Source of the DNA: Eledone cirrhosa
Lineage: Eukaryota
Direction: 5' to 3'
Length of the DNA stretch: 64,000 bases
NCBI GenBank assembly: GCA_964016885.1
Contig: OZ024764.1
Location: 27,466,001 to 27,530,000 of the forward strand
Shown here: in pieces, positions 10,646 to 23,812 of the stretch
Layout: each line of letters starts with the position of its first letter
Numbering within the stretch: the first letter of the stretch is position 1
Translations under genes and position numbers: made by a program
Notes under the pieces: generated by a model
What the model saw: only the letters and a program-made list of their open reading frames with translations
Databases searched by the model: none
What the model was told of the DNA's origin: nothing

Positions 10646-11353
10646 ATTCCCGCCGTTGAAATAAAAATTTTAATAGAAAAACGGCGGGAATATATGTTAC
10701 AACCCAATCTATATATATTTAGGTTGTAACATATATTCCCGCCGTTGAAATAAAAATTTTAATAGAAAAACGGCGGGAATATATGTTACAGCCCAATCTA
10801 TATATATTTGGGTTTTAACATATATTCCCGCCGTTGAAATAAACATTTTAATAGAAAAACGGCGGGAATATATGTTACAACCCAATCTACATATATTTGG
10901 GTTGTAACATATATTCCCGCCGTTGAAATAAAAATTTTAATAGAAAAACGGTGGGAATATATGTTACAACCCAATCTACATATATTTCGGTTGTAACATA
11001 TATTCCCGCCGTTGAAATAAAAATTTTAACATAAAAACGGCGGGAATATATATTACAACCCAAACATATATAGGTTGGGTTGTAACATATATTCCCGCCG
11101 TTTTTCTATTAAAATTTTTATTTCAACGGCGGGAATATATGTTACAACCCCAAAATATGTAGCTTGGATTGTAACATATATTCCCGCCGTTTTTCTATTA
11201 AAATTTTTATTTCAACGGCGGGAATATATGTTACAACTCAAATATATATAGATTGGGTTGTAACATATATTCCCGCCGTTTTTCTATTAAAATTTTTATT
11301 TCACCGGCAGGAATATGTTACAACCCAAATATATATATATTGAGTTGTAACAT
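10642..11353. repeat. 89-bp internally palindromic tandem array (5 forward and 3 inverted units)
   Basis: CGCCG recurs at 10651, 10740, 10829, 10918 and 11007. The arm GGGTTGTAACATATATTCCCGCCGTT alternates with its reverse complement, and the spacers switch orientation at ~11040-11060. Confidence 0.95.
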
Positions 11354-11659
11354 GGGTTACATATAAGGTCTCATTTTTTTTCTTTTCTTTCTTTCAGTTT
11401 TCTTCTTATCTCTAGATATAAATATATATACATAAGGTAACTTGGTAGAATTGTTAGAACATCAGATAGAATTCTTTGCAGTATTTTTCCAGTTCTTTAC
11501 TCTGAGTTCAACTTTACCTTTCTTCCATTCAGTGTCGATAAGTCTTGAATATGTCTAACGTAGCAATAACTGGAGCTACTTAACCAAGTTTTCCCAACCT
11601 AGTCGATGTCACCTACTGGTTGGCGATTTAAACTGTTGGCTGCGACAATGACCAACTAA

Positions 11660-11893
11660 TCAGTCAGATTCGAACTCACTATGTCTGGCATATATTTTAT
11701 ATTTTATATTTGAATGAAGTTCTGTAAGTAACCTGGTGGCTTAGATGGCAATACTGCTCGAATAGATGGCTTCTAGTTCATTCCCTATCCAGGATTGTAG
11801 AATTAATTTTATTTAGTTATTATTTAATCAATTGTTTTAACAAACAAATTATATCTATAAAACGCCAAATATAGTGAGTTCAAATCTGACTGA
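11660..11893. mobile_element. Duplicate of the 30-bp-TIR MITE
   Basis: Copy of 9063-9310 with a 14-bp internal deletion. Confidence 0.7.
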
Positions 11894-12341
11894 CATGCAT
11901 GGTATATATTTATGTTTCATTATACAGCGACACAATACACAGGAACTTATAAAGATATGTATATATTGTCCAGGAGTTTCGAGTTTAGTGGGAATTGGTA
12001 CAACTCTCAGTTGGAGCTAGTCCCTGCAAGATCAGCATAAATAATGTTATACCTTTTCATGAAATCTTGCACACCCGATATTTTATACATGATTATTTAA
12101 AGGTGAACAAAAACCAAAGAACATTGTGCAGCATTCTCAACCTTTCTACCCATGTCGATCTCTTGAAATAGTTTTTATGTCTCAGGGAAGCCCTGCATAA
12201 AATATACTTTTTCTATCTCTAAAGCAGTGGTTCCCAAATCGTGTGCTGAGAGATGAAACAAGATGAGCTGCAAAAGACTAAGATTAAGTTTTATGATGTG
12301 AAAAATATAAAACTGAAATTTCATATAAAAGTTCAAATATA

Positions 12342-12572
12342 GCTACAGCCACAAACCTAGGCTCCACACCCCGCAATGCAGAGGATAGTAAGATAGTACC
12401 AAGGCCTGACTCACCTCTTCCACTCCATTGAGACCTCTGCCATACTTGGTCCCTGTACTGCTGATTTCCTCCATAAAGTCGGGAGGAAAGACGACAGGAG
12501 CTTCATGAGGAGGGGCGACTATTGTAGCAGGTGTCTCTGGCCTTGCTCTGAGGTAACGCTTTTACGTTTCTT
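12342..12572 (+). pseudogene. CRE fragment C, copy 2
   Basis: Near-identical to 9760-9990. Confidence 0.7.
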
Positions 12573-12812
12573 CCACAGGTTGCGGCTGAGGGACCACTTA
12601 GACTGGGGTGAAGTGTCTGTCCCTCCCCCGACTTCTTACTTCTTTTTTTTTCTCATTTTCATTTTCTTTTCTCTTCTTGCTTATCTCTGCTATACCACGG
12701 CATCAAAAACATATATGATATATGTATGTATGGTATAGGTGTATTTATATTTAGGATAGTTATCAAAGGTAAATAGACTGGTTGGAGCAATAACAGTCTT
12801 GTTTATGTATGT

Positions 12813-12871
<59 letters not shown>

Positions 12872-12972
12872 TGTTCTTGTATTTCCATAGAAAAGGTAAA
12901 GAAAAGAAGAATGCTCTATGTATTGTACAGAGCTATTTAATTACATAATAAACAACAGAATATAATTATTCC

Positions 12973-13732
12973 ATGCAAATAGACTTAGAATGGAAAACAT
13001 TCAGACAGAGAAGAATGGATAATGAGCGTCGTAAGAGAAATTGGCCAACAATTAATATTAATGGAAATGTAGAAAAATTTCATATTAGTGATATGAATGT
13101 TTCGTGTGATCACTGTGGAGCTTTGAAATTTAGAAATGAAAATTGTAACTGTTGTAATAAAGGAAAGGTAGTGTTGCCACCATTGCAAATATACCCTGAG
13201 AGACTGAGAAATCTCTTTGAAAGAGGCCAGGAAGCAGTTGATTTCACAGAAACATCTGCAATTAAAACTACATTTATTTCACTTCATTTGGTGTTACCAC
13301 CCGGCAGAGGCCCGTATAGATTTCATATTCAGGGTCAAACATATCAATACACACCCATCTCTGTAACCTGCAGAAAATACACCACAATATGGCCAGTTAT
13401 ATATTATTGATGGGAACGAAGGTGTGTAGCACAGATTGGAAGTACAACCAAATAATTGTTTCTGGCACAAGGCCAGCAATTACTGGTACTTTATTCTATC
13501 GACCTCATAAGGATGAAAACAAAGTCAACCTTAGAGGGATTTGAACCGAGAACGTAAAGGGCCATAACCCTATGCTGCAAAGCATGGTGTCTGACGCTCT
13601 ACCGATACTGCCAATCCACTGCCCTAGTCCCAACAAATAATGACTGCTCACCACAAAAAATGGCTATGATAAGAGAGGTGTTGCATGAATATAATCCATA
13701 TGTCGAAGTGTACAATACAATGCATGGCATCA
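12973..13732 (+). pseudogene. Helitron copy 3, 5' part (contains the SINE at 13457-13625, minus strand)
   Basis: Near-identical to 300-1059; interrupted after ATGGCATCA. Confidence 0.92.
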
Positions 13733-14262
13733 CAAATGAATATATATATATATACTACTAAAGTGTATGTAAAATTTTAAAATAAATACTTAAATTCAAT
13801 TTGTATAATTACACATACAATATGTTTTGTTGTAAAACCCTAAATAATGATTTAAGAAATGATGTCAATCTCTTTGTACAGAGAAAAACAATTTATATAT
13901 ATGCATCGTGTGCGCGTGTATACTCCATTTAAGACAGCGAAAAACCTAGTACCTCCTTCAAAGAATGCCAAATAGTTTATGCCTAAGGTGTAACACTAAT
14001 TAAGTTACTGGTATAGATATTTCAGTTGAACCCTGCTTCAAACATGCATATTATTATTATATATTTTCAAACACACTTACATACATTATATTTATACACA
14101 TAGAAATGTTAAAACTAAAGTATAATGATATAACAACAGTATATAATAGTTTTCTTCACTTTATTGAGATGCAATCGTTTTAAAGAAAAAACATGACAGT
14201 ATAAGAAATATTTAATATGATAACATAATATTTCAGGTAGGATGGTGGTTTCTCTTTGAACT

Positions 14263-14433
14263 AATAATTGTTTCTACTTTAGGCACAAGGCCAGCAATTA
14301 ACCAGTACATTACTGGTACTTTATTTTATCGACCCCGTAAGGATGAAAGGCAAAGTTAACCTCGGATCGTAAAGGGACGTAACTATGCTGGAAAGCATGG
14401 CGTCAGACCCTCTACCGATACTGCCAATTCACC
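14263..14433 (-). mobile_element. SINE copy within the insertion
   Basis: GGCACAAGGCCAGCAATT...TACTGGTACTTTATTTTATCGACCCCGTAAGGATGAAAGGCAAAGT...CTACCGATACTGCCAATTCACC is the same family as 784-952; a duplicate lies at 24342-24512. Confidence 0.8.
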
Positions 14434-14631
14434 ATACAGTATAATTATACAAATATGCATATAGATAGCAATATATATACACTAATATGTATGTACATAT
14501 TTATACATATATACATATATATAGGGAGAGAGAGAGACACATGTATGTATATATATATACACATGCGTGTATGTATGTGTTTATGTACATTCTTCGGTAT
14601 ATATATATGAGTCACGGTTTATTACACATTG

Positions 14632-15965
14632 GAGACACAGAGAGAAAGAGTTGAAACGAGAGGTGAGAGAGTTGAAACAAGAGAGGAGAGAGTTGAAACG
14701 AGAAAAGAGAGAGAGAGTTGAAACGAGAGGAGAGAGAGAGAGAGTTGTAACGAGAGGAGAGAGAGAGAGAGAGTTGAAACGAGAGGAGAGAGAGTTGAAA
14801 CGAGGAGAGAGTTGAAACAAGAGGGTGAGGGGAGAGAGGGGAGAGAGTGATGAAACGAGTCGGAGATAGAGTGTGAAAGAGAGAGAGAGAGGAAGAGAGA
14901 GAGAGAGAGGAAGAGAGAGAGAGAGGAAGAGAGAGAGAGAGGAAGAGAGAGAGAGGAAGAGAGAGAGAGGAAGAGGGAGAGGGGGGATGAAACAAGAGGG
15001 TGAGGGATGAAACAAGAGAGAGAGGGGAGAGAAAGAGAGAGGGGAGAGAAAGAGAGAGAGAGAGAGAGAACGAATTGAAACAAGAGAGAGATGAAACAAG
15101 TGAGGGATTAGAGTGTTGAAACAAGAGAGAGAGGAAGAGAGAGAGAGAGCAAGATGGAACGAGAGAGAGAGAGCGAGATGAAATGAGAGCGAGATGAAAC
15201 GAGAGAGAGAGAGAGTGAGATGAAATGAGAGAGAGAGAGAGCGAGAGAGAGAGCGATATGAAACGAGAGAGAGAGAGAGAGAGAGAGAGCGAGATGAAAT
15301 GAGACAGAGAGAGCGAGATGAAACGAGAGAGAGAGAGAGCGAGATGAAATGAGAGAGTGAGTGCGAGATGAAATGAGAGAGAGTGAGAGCGACATGAAAT
15401 GAGAGAGAGAGAGCGAGATGAAACGAGAGAGAGAGAGAGCGAGATGAAATGAGAGAGAGTCAGAGCGAGATGAAATGAGAGAGTGAGAGCGAGATGAAAT
15501 GAGAGAGAGAGAGCGAGATGAAATGAGAGAGAGTGAGAGCGAGATGAAATGAGAGAGAGAGAGCGAGATGAAATGAGAGAGAGAGGAAACGAGACTAGAG
15601 AGCGAGATGAAACAGGAGAGAGAGAGCGAGATGAAACAGGAGAGAGAGAGCGAGATGAAACAGGAGAGAGAGAGCGAGATGAAACGAGAGGGAGAGAGAG
15701 ATGAAATGAGAGAGCGAGAGAGAGATAGAGGGAGATGAAACGACAGAGAGAGAGACAGATGAAACGAGAGAGAGAAATAGAGATGAAACGAGAGAGAGTG
15801 ATGAAACGAGAGAGAGGAAGAGAGAGATGGAACGAGAGAGAGGAAGAGAGAGATGGAACGAGAGAGAGGAAGACAGAGATGAAATGAGAGAGAGGAAGAC
15901 AGAGATGAAACGAGAGAGAGAGAGAGCGAGATGAAACGAGAGAGAGAGAGCGCGAGATGAAACTC
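14632..15965 (+). repeat. GA-rich degenerate repeat block (single-monomer copy)
   Basis: GCGAGATGAAA(C/T)GAGAGAGAGAGA units, typically ~24 bp; the first ~450 bp use GTTGAAAC variants. Confidence 0.95.
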
Positions 15966-16307
15966 TGTCATGTAATGTTATGGACATATCTGCCCCTGGG
16001 GCTAATAATTGTCATGTAATGTTATGGTCATCTCTGCCCCTGTGGTTAATAATTCTGTCATGTAATGTTATGGTCATGTCTGCACCTGTGGCTAATAAAT
16101 CTGTCATGTAATGTTATGGTCATCTCTGCCCCTGTGGCTAATAATTCTGTCATGTAATGTTATGGACATCTCTGCCCCTGTGGCTAATAATTCTGACATG
16201 TAATGTTATGGACATCTCTGCCCCGGTGGCTAATAATTCTGACATGTAATGTTATGGACATCTCTGCCCCTGTGGCTAATAATTCTGACATGTAATGTTA
16301 TGGACAT
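15966..16307 (+). repeat. 46-bp minisatellite block, ~7.5 units (single-monomer copy)
   Basis: TGTCATGTAATGTTATGGACATCTCTGCCCCTGTGGCTAATAATTC; the first unit is a 44-bp variant. Confidence 0.97.
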
Positions 16308-16324
16308 TGCTATCTTGTTTCATC

Positions 16325-17923
16325 TCAAACAGCAAAGTGCAAGAAGAGAAAATTGTCGTGTACAGAACTGTGAATTAAGATTTAGAAGAGGATCAGATAT
16401 GAGCTGCTCTAATTTACCAACTAGTAATGATAGCTGTTGTTTTGTGGGGGATTGAGGGCACACCACCTGTACAAAGAGATATTATCATCTTTCCTAAAGA
16501 CCATCCTCCTCAGAAAATACCACATAATGCATGCCACTTGGACCTCATGACCGACCGATAATGGTGAATTTTGGTGGCATAGTGCCATGGAGAGGAATGT
16601 AGGACCTGTGTTTGCAATAGACTGACAATGCAGGAGTATTACATATACTGTATAGCATATAGAGGAGGATTTAGTGCGATATATAGGGCAGGTAAATTAT
16701 TTTAGCAGTATTTAGTGGATGCCTATATGAAAGTAGAGGGATGCAGGCTTCAATATTTGAGGAACAATCAAGCCCAATTGTGAGTGGATGAGTATAATGG
16801 TTTAATGAATTATCTAAACAGATGATAACACTGAGCCTTAAAAAATGAAGACAAGATAAGAAACAGAGAAGACATTGACAGAATCGTGTCAGCAGAAATA
16901 CCTGCATTGGAAGATGATCCAGTACTACATGAGCAGGTTTAAAAGTTTATGATCCACAGGCCATGTGGTTCTGGAAACCCTTTTCCCCCATTTATACAAA
17001 ATGGATTTTTCAAAAAGAACTATCCAAAAACCTACAGAAGGGAAACATTATTGAACCTAAATGGATACCCAGAGTACAGGAGGTGCAAGACAGGAACTGC
17101 AGTGTAAATTGGATGACATTCAGTAGATAACAGGAATGTTATGCCATTTAATGCCTTTTTGCTTAAGAAATATTGTGCACATATTAATGTTGAAGTTTGC
17201 GCTTCTGTAAAAAGTGTCAAGTACCTCTTTAAATATGTTACATGGGGCATGATTGTACATCTATAGAAGTAACGAATAATGCATTACCTAATGAGGCTCA
17301 GAACCAACACAACCATGATGAAATAAGAACCTATCTTTGTTGCAGGTATGTGTCTCAGCCAGAAGCAGTGTCGTGTCTCTCGGAATTTAAGCTTCATGGT
17401 ACATCACATACAGTATACAGCCTAGCCACACACCTGGAGAACAAACAGAGTTTACTTTCAAAGAGGCAATGCTCAGGTTGTGGTAGAAATGCAGGGACCC
17501 TTGCTGCCTGGTTCAAGCTAAATGAACTTGCTTACACCTTCTGGGATGCCGCCTCACTAACTCCAATTATAAGCAGGATCAATAATAATGCTTCTATGGA
17601 ATATTTCAATCCAGAACAGATTATGTAATGGCACAAGATTAGAAGTAGTAGAACTGCATAAACATTTTATCAAAGCTTCTCATATCTATGGTCCTTTGAT
17701 GGGCAGGTGTGTTTTGATCCCAAGACTGAAGTTATCCCCCAGTGGTGCCAACATCCCTTTTACTTTGGAAAGACCCCAGTTTCCATTAAGACTGTCATAT
17801 GCCATGACAATCAACAAGAACCATGGTCAAATACATGATAAAGTGGGTCTGTTCCTCCCTGAGCAAGTATTTAACCCTGGACAATTGTATGTTGCTTTTT
17901 CAAGAGTTCACAGACAGATGTAA
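16325..17923 (+). pseudogene. Helitron copy 3, 3' part
   Basis: Near-identical to 1057-2654, including the same stops, frameshifts and deletions. Confidence 0.93.
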
Positions 17924-18495
17924 AAATTAATCCTAGCAAACCCCCACCACTCCTACAACTGTTAGCTGTTAGCCCACCCCCAGCACCACCCAACCTCCGT
18001 TCTAGTCCCACCGTTAGAACCAATGCTGCTTACCCTGCCTCTTTTACTAGTTCACTCCGTCGCTCGAATTTCAAAGCTGGCCCTCTACACTTGGTCGTTG
18101 CCAGCTCACCACCTGGTTGTGCTCTCTGTGTCCGCACTAGCCGGTACCTAAACACAATAAAATGTCACCTGTGCTACCAAAACTACCACAGGAACTCTGT
18201 CGGCATCAGCAAGGCTCAAGCCGAAAGGCTTCAATACTAGACCTGTAATCAGGGCCACTTTACCTCCGACGACCAGCTTTCTACCGAGTGTGTGTTGATG
18301 GAGGGGACATGAGACCAGCAAAGTCCTAGGAGTAGAGACTAGTAAATAATAAACGGTCCTAGCTATGTTAAGAATATATATAAGAAAAATGTTCTATACA
18401 TTTAAGAAGACAAGAGAAATAAATATTTACCTCTTTCATGTAGGTAATATAGCGGTGTTATAAAAGTATAATAACTGATGCAGGTAGTTTGTTTC

Positions 18496-18753
18496 AAACT
18501 ATAACACATATAACTCTATCAGTGAAGCCCTTTAGTATAGGTCAACTGGGAAACTATAACACATATAACCCTATCAGTGAAGCCCTCTGGGAAACTATAA
18601 CACATATAACTCTATCAGTGAAGCCCTTTAGTATAGGTCAACTGGGAAACTATAACACATATAACCCTATCAGTGAAGTCCTTTAGTATAGGTCAACTGG
18701 GAAATTATAACACATATAACCCTATCAGTGAAGTCCTTTAGTATAGGTCAACT
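18496..18753. repeat. 55-bp minisatellite, 5 units
   Basis: Same repeat as 3226-3703, with four fewer units. Confidence 0.95.
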
Positions 18754-18905
18754 AACAGAAGTATTACGGGTATGGAAAAAATTCTAAATAAGCCTACAAC
18801 AGTCATTGCGGGCCACTCTGACTGGTCAGGTGGGCTCGATTGTGGCCCGCGGGCCGCCTGTTGCACGCCCCTCCTTTAGACAGAATATCTATCACTGTTA
18901 AGTAA

Positions 18906-19115
18906 TACTGTGATCTGTCGGCTAACTACATTTTCCAGCCTGTGGCGTTTGGGGGAGTCGGGATACTGACTGCGAGATTCCTATCTTCACTGGCGGCTAG
19001 CCTGACGAAGGTGACTGGTGAAGCTCGTGAGGGCACTTGGTTGTTCCAGCTCCTCAGCCTCGCCATCGCCCGAGGTAACGCTGCAGACGTGCTGGCTTGC
19101 CTAAAAAATCATTAG
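18906..19115 (+). pseudogene. CRE fragment A, copy 2
   Basis: Near-identical to 3795-4004 (FQPVAF). Confidence 0.8.
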
Positions 19116-19198
19116 AGAGGTTTCCCAGTGCTCCTCGCGATACTGTTATCTTTTGCTCTAGTAGCAGCTCGTTTGTCCACCCCTTTCGCCTGCCTTTG

Positions 19199-19381
19199 GT
19201 TGTATGTCGTCCTAGATGTGTGTATTACCTGCTTGTGTGTTGTATGTGGTCCTAGATGTGTGTATTACCTGCTTATGTGGTCCTAGATGTATGTATTACC
19301 TGCTGGTGTGTTGTATGTGGTCCCAGATGTGTGGATTACCTGTTTTTGTGTTGTATGTGGTCCCAAATGTGTGTGCTACCC
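19199..19381. repeat. 40-bp minisatellite, copy 2
   Basis: Same as 4088-4270. Confidence 0.9.
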
Positions 19382-20775
19382 GCTTCTGTGATTTGTTGTT
19401 TCTTCTTTCTCTCTTCCGAGAAACAATCCTGTATTTTTTTAATCTATTCCATGCGTTAAGTAATTAGCAGCAACAACAAACTGATTTTCAGTTGTAAAAA
19501 GAATCTTTAAACCTTCACCATTTACATTAACACATACCATACGTTGTCCCAGCCACAAATAAACAGTAAAAAAAACTTACTTTGCGGTTAAATTCTTCAC
19601 AATTAAAAGAAAAATATTTCTAACACGTTTCTAGACAACACCAAGTTTACACCTTCAATATCCGGTAAAAGTAAAAACAAATTCTGGAGACATTTAACGA
19701 AACGAAACTATGTAAAGAAAAACGAAAATTAAACGAAGACAAATAGTAAATTTTAATTTTTATTAAATAAAATACCAGTAATTCACTGCAGTAGATTTAA
19801 TCAACTTTACTCTCTCTGCACGAAAGAAGAAAAAAATTCCTGACTTAGTGCTTAATATATAGAGAGGGGGAGAGTTTGGTGTTACTTCATATAGAGAGGG
19901 GTATTGGAAGAGAGTGCCGTGTAGTAGATATAGAGAGGGAGAGAGTGTGTGCTAATTGATATAAAGAGGGGGATTTGCACCCCCCCCCCCGCCTAGAAAA
20001 ATTCTGAAATGCTTCGACCTCCCTGTACATATATATATATATATAGTATACACACACAGACATATATATAGTAAATAAATGTGTGTGTGTATCAGTGGTC
20101 GCCAAACTTTTCTGTTCCACACCCCTCCTCTAAAATATGTTTATGTTCCCCTTTAATATAAAAACAATCCGAGTATTCTGAAAGTATTATTACTGTAATA
20201 TAAAGTAGAAACCCTTTATTTAAACAAAGCTACGATGCAGCGATGATCAAAACAAACTTCTCGTAGGTGCTGCCAAGCGGGGAAAAGTGGATGTATAATG
20301 ATGATGATATATATATATATGCCCCACCCTTGCAAACAGGGAAAAGCAGACGTAAAATGAAAATGATGATATATATATAGATAGATAGATATGTATATAT
20401 ATATATTTATACTTATACGTCATGGTGGCTACAGGTGCCAAGAGGAAGAAGCCGGTCAAATCCTCTGATATTTGTTTATCTTCCTTTCCTTTGTATATAT
20501 ATATATAGTATGTGTGTGTGTATGAAGATGTATGACCCCTAGCAAGCCAAACTACAGTTACTCCCCAACATGGAGAGCAAATTAAAACATTACCTGTTAG
20601 AGACGAACGTGAAATGATTTGTTAGTGAACTACCGGTGTCACAGTAATTATGTTACCGGTGTAACTATTTCTGTTTACCTTATTTTTAAATGACACTCCT
20701 ATATTAGTTTAGTGACCTTTCAATTCAAATAAATTCTTGATGATGATTGAACTCGCATCGGAGTAGCCCAACGCC

Positions 20776-21163
20776 TTGGCCTCCGCCGCGTGTGTGAGCC
20801 ACATAAATGCTCTCAACGACATAGTGAGAAGAAGCCTGGACGCAGCTGAATTTCCATCTCAACTGGAGTCAGCAGGCTTAGGCCGCGGAGATGGCAAGCA
20901 CCCCGAGGGAATCACCCTCTTCCCATTCGAAGGAGGTAGATCCACAAACCCCAGCATCGCTGCCCGTCTCGCAGATGAACATAAAATAAACAAATTCCGG
21001 TGTTTGTCCTGGAGCCTCTTCTAAGCACCAGCCGCCGTCGAGACCCCGGGCCAACTTGGACCCGTTACAGCCGAGCTCCTCCGCAACATCGCAGTGTCTG
21101 TGGCCCGTCTGAGGATGGAGTCCCACGAGGTTGGATGCCTGTTGCAGCAGGTGTTAGTGTCCT
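20776..21163 (+). pseudogene. CRE fragment B, copy 2
   Basis: LNDIVRRSL..LESAGLGRGDGKHPEGITLFPF...AVETPGQLGP. Confidence 0.82.
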
Positions 21164-21293
21164 TACATATATATACGTAAATGTTCCCTTGACTGCTATT
21201 TCTAGCATATATTAATAGACACTTTAGAAACAGCAGCTAAAAATCAAGAAACAACAGTGTGTGTCTGTATATATATACACAGAGAGAAAGAGA

Positions 21294-21332
<39 letters not shown>

Positions 21333-21412
21333 CAGCCAAAGACACGCACACACGAACATACACATACACACAGGTGTATGTCTGCGTGTATGTATATATG
21401 TGTGTGTGTCTT

Positions 21413-21526
<114 letters not shown>

Positions 21527-21549
21527 GTCAGTGATCCCCCTCGCAACCT

Positions 21550-22140
21550 TTAATTAAACAAACCTGCGATGAGGCGATGATCAAAATAAACACCAAAGTA
21601 TAAACAAACAGCCCATAGGTGCTGCCGGATACACGATAACATGTGTAGACGAAGTAAAACTTTTATTACTGTAATATAAAGTAGAAACCCTTTATTTAAA
21701 CAAAGCTGCGATGCAGCGATGATCAAAACAAACTTCAAATAACATGTGTATACGAAGTGTATCTGGAAGCTTGGTCGTATTATATGACTTTCAAATTGAC
21801 CCCTATTATATTCAAATTATCCCCTGTGGGGCGTGCACCCCACGTTGAGAATCCCTCATAAATAAATATATGTGAGTGTGTTGCTATGACTGCTATTTCT
21901 AGCAGGTTTACTGCAGTCCTGTAGACGCACAACAAAAACCGGAAGTGGCAGCCATTAAAAAACTTTGGCTTAAAATCAGGCAAAAGTTTTTTAACAATTT
22001 GCCAAGAAAGATAACTCTTGTCTTACTTAATCGCAAAAATCGAGGCAAAAATTTTGTGGGTGTACAGTTTGTTTGGTGTATTTGACTGCTATTTCTAGCA
22101 TGTATGGACACTTTAGAAATAGCAGCGAAAAACGGAAAAC
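21550..22140 (+). mobile_element. Foldback-family element without an inverted partner
   Basis: Matches 6430-6860, then follows the variant seen at window positions 1-68. Confidence 0.75.
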
Positions 22141-22443
22141 AGCAGAAAGAAGGACACACACCTATATATATATATATATATACCAGCTATACACTCACCC
22201 ATACATATATATATATACCAGCTATACACACACCCATATCTACGTATAGGTGTGTGTGCGCGCGTGTATGTATATATAAATATATATATTTAAATGTATA
22301 TATCTGTGCATATATATATGTATATATATATACGTGTGTGTCCTTCTTTCTTATGTTTCCCGTGATGAGCTGCAAAAGACTAAGATTAAGTTTTAAGATG
22401 TGAAAAATATAAAACTGAAATTTCATATAAAAGTTCAAATATA

Positions 22444-22674
22444 GCTACAGCCACAAACCTAGGCTCCACACCCCGCAATGCAAAGGATAGTAAGATAGTA
22501 CCAAGGCCTGACTCACCTCTTCCACTCTATTGAGACCTCTGCCATACTTGGTCCCTGTACTGCTGATTTCCTCCATAAAGTCGGGAGGAAAGACAACAGG
22601 AGCCTCATGAGGAGGGGCGACTATTGTAGCAGGTGTCTCTGGCCTTGCTCCGAGGTAACGCTTTTACGTTTCTT
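22444..22674 (+). pseudogene. CRE fragment C, copy 3
   Basis: Near-identical to 9760-9990. Confidence 0.7.
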
Positions 22675-23029
22675 CCACAGGTTGCGGCTGAGGGACCACT
22701 TAGACTGGGGTGAAGTGTCTGTCCCTCCCCCGACTTCTTACTTCTTTTTTTTTCTCATTTTCATTTTCTTTTCTCTTCTTGCTTATCTCTGCTATACCAC
22801 GGCATCAAAAACATATATAATATGTGTATGTATGGTATAGGTGTATTTATATTTAGGATAGTTATCAAAGGTAAATAGACTGGTTGGAGCAATAACAGTC
22901 TTGTTTATGTATATACATATATATATATCTTTTATATGTTTGTTCTTGTATTTCCATAGAAAAGGTAAAGAAAAGAAGAGTGCTCTATGTATTGTTCAGA
23001 GCTATTTAATTACATAATAAACAACAGAA

Positions 23030-23771
23030 TGGAAAACATTCAGACAGAGAAGAATGGATAATGAGCGTTGTAAGAGAAATTGGCCAACAATTAATATTAA
23101 TGGAAATGTAGAAGAATTTCATATTAGTGATATGAATGTTTCGTGTGATCACTGTGGAGCTTTGAAATTTAGAAATGAAAATTGTAACTGTTGTAATAAA
23201 GGAAAGGTTGTGTTGCCACCATTGCAAATATACCCTGAGAGACTGAGAAATCTCTTTGAAAGAGGCCAGGAAGCAGTTGATTTCACAGAAACATCTGCAA
23301 TTAAAACTACATTTATTTCACTTCATTTGGTGTTACCACCCGGCAGAGGCCCGTATAGCTTTCATATTCAGGGTCAAACATATCACTACACCCCCATCTC
23401 TGTAACCTGCAGAAAATACACCACAATATGGCCAGTTATATATTATTGATGGGAACGAAGGTATGTAGCACAGATTGGAAGTACGTCCAAATAATTGTTT
23501 CTAGCACAAGGCCAGCAATTACTGGTACTTTATTCTATCGACCTAATAAGGATGAAAACAAAGTCAACCTTGGAGGGATTTGAACCCAGAACGTAAGGGG
23601 ACATAACCCTATGCTGTAAAGCATGGTGTCTGGCGCTCTACCGATACTGCCAATCCACTGCCCTAGTACCAACAAATAATGACTGCTCACCACAAAAAAT
23701 GGCTATGATAAGAGAAGTGTTGCATGAATGTAATTCATATGTCGAAGTGTACAATACAATGCATGGCATCA
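23030..23771 (+). pseudogene. Helitron copy 4, 5' part (SINE at 23496-23664, minus strand)
   Basis: Matches copy 3 and is interrupted at the same ATGGCATCA|CAAATGAAT junction. It has a 30-bp deletion between AGAAT repeats at its start. Confidence 0.92.
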
Positions 23772-23775
23772 CAAA

Positions 23776-23812
<37 letters not shown>

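Larger units (their letters stand above)
13733..16324. other. 2.6-kb insertion in Helitron copy 3 carrying one composite satellite monomer
   Basis: Absent from copy 1 (GGCATCAAACAGC) and flanked by TCA on both sides. It contains AT-rich unique DNA, a SINE, a GA-rich block and a 46-bp block. Confidence 0.92.

Noticed and set aside
10642-11353. 89-bp palindromic array as CRISPR, REP/BIME or an iteron origin
   Set aside because: The spacers are repeated rather than unique, and there is no prokaryotic gene context.
13730-16327. The 2.6-kb insertion as a CACTA or Harbinger transposon with a 3-bp TSD (TCA)
   Set aside because: There are no terminal inverted repeats or coding remnant; TCA is equally explained as microhomology.
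12225-18873. hAT 5' end and hAT 3' end bracketing the Helitron as one composite transposon
   Set aside because: The putative TIRs match at only about 7/13 and the 8-bp flanks differ (CTCTAAAG or CTCTAGAG vs CTTTAGAC); they are probably unrelated MITE remnants.
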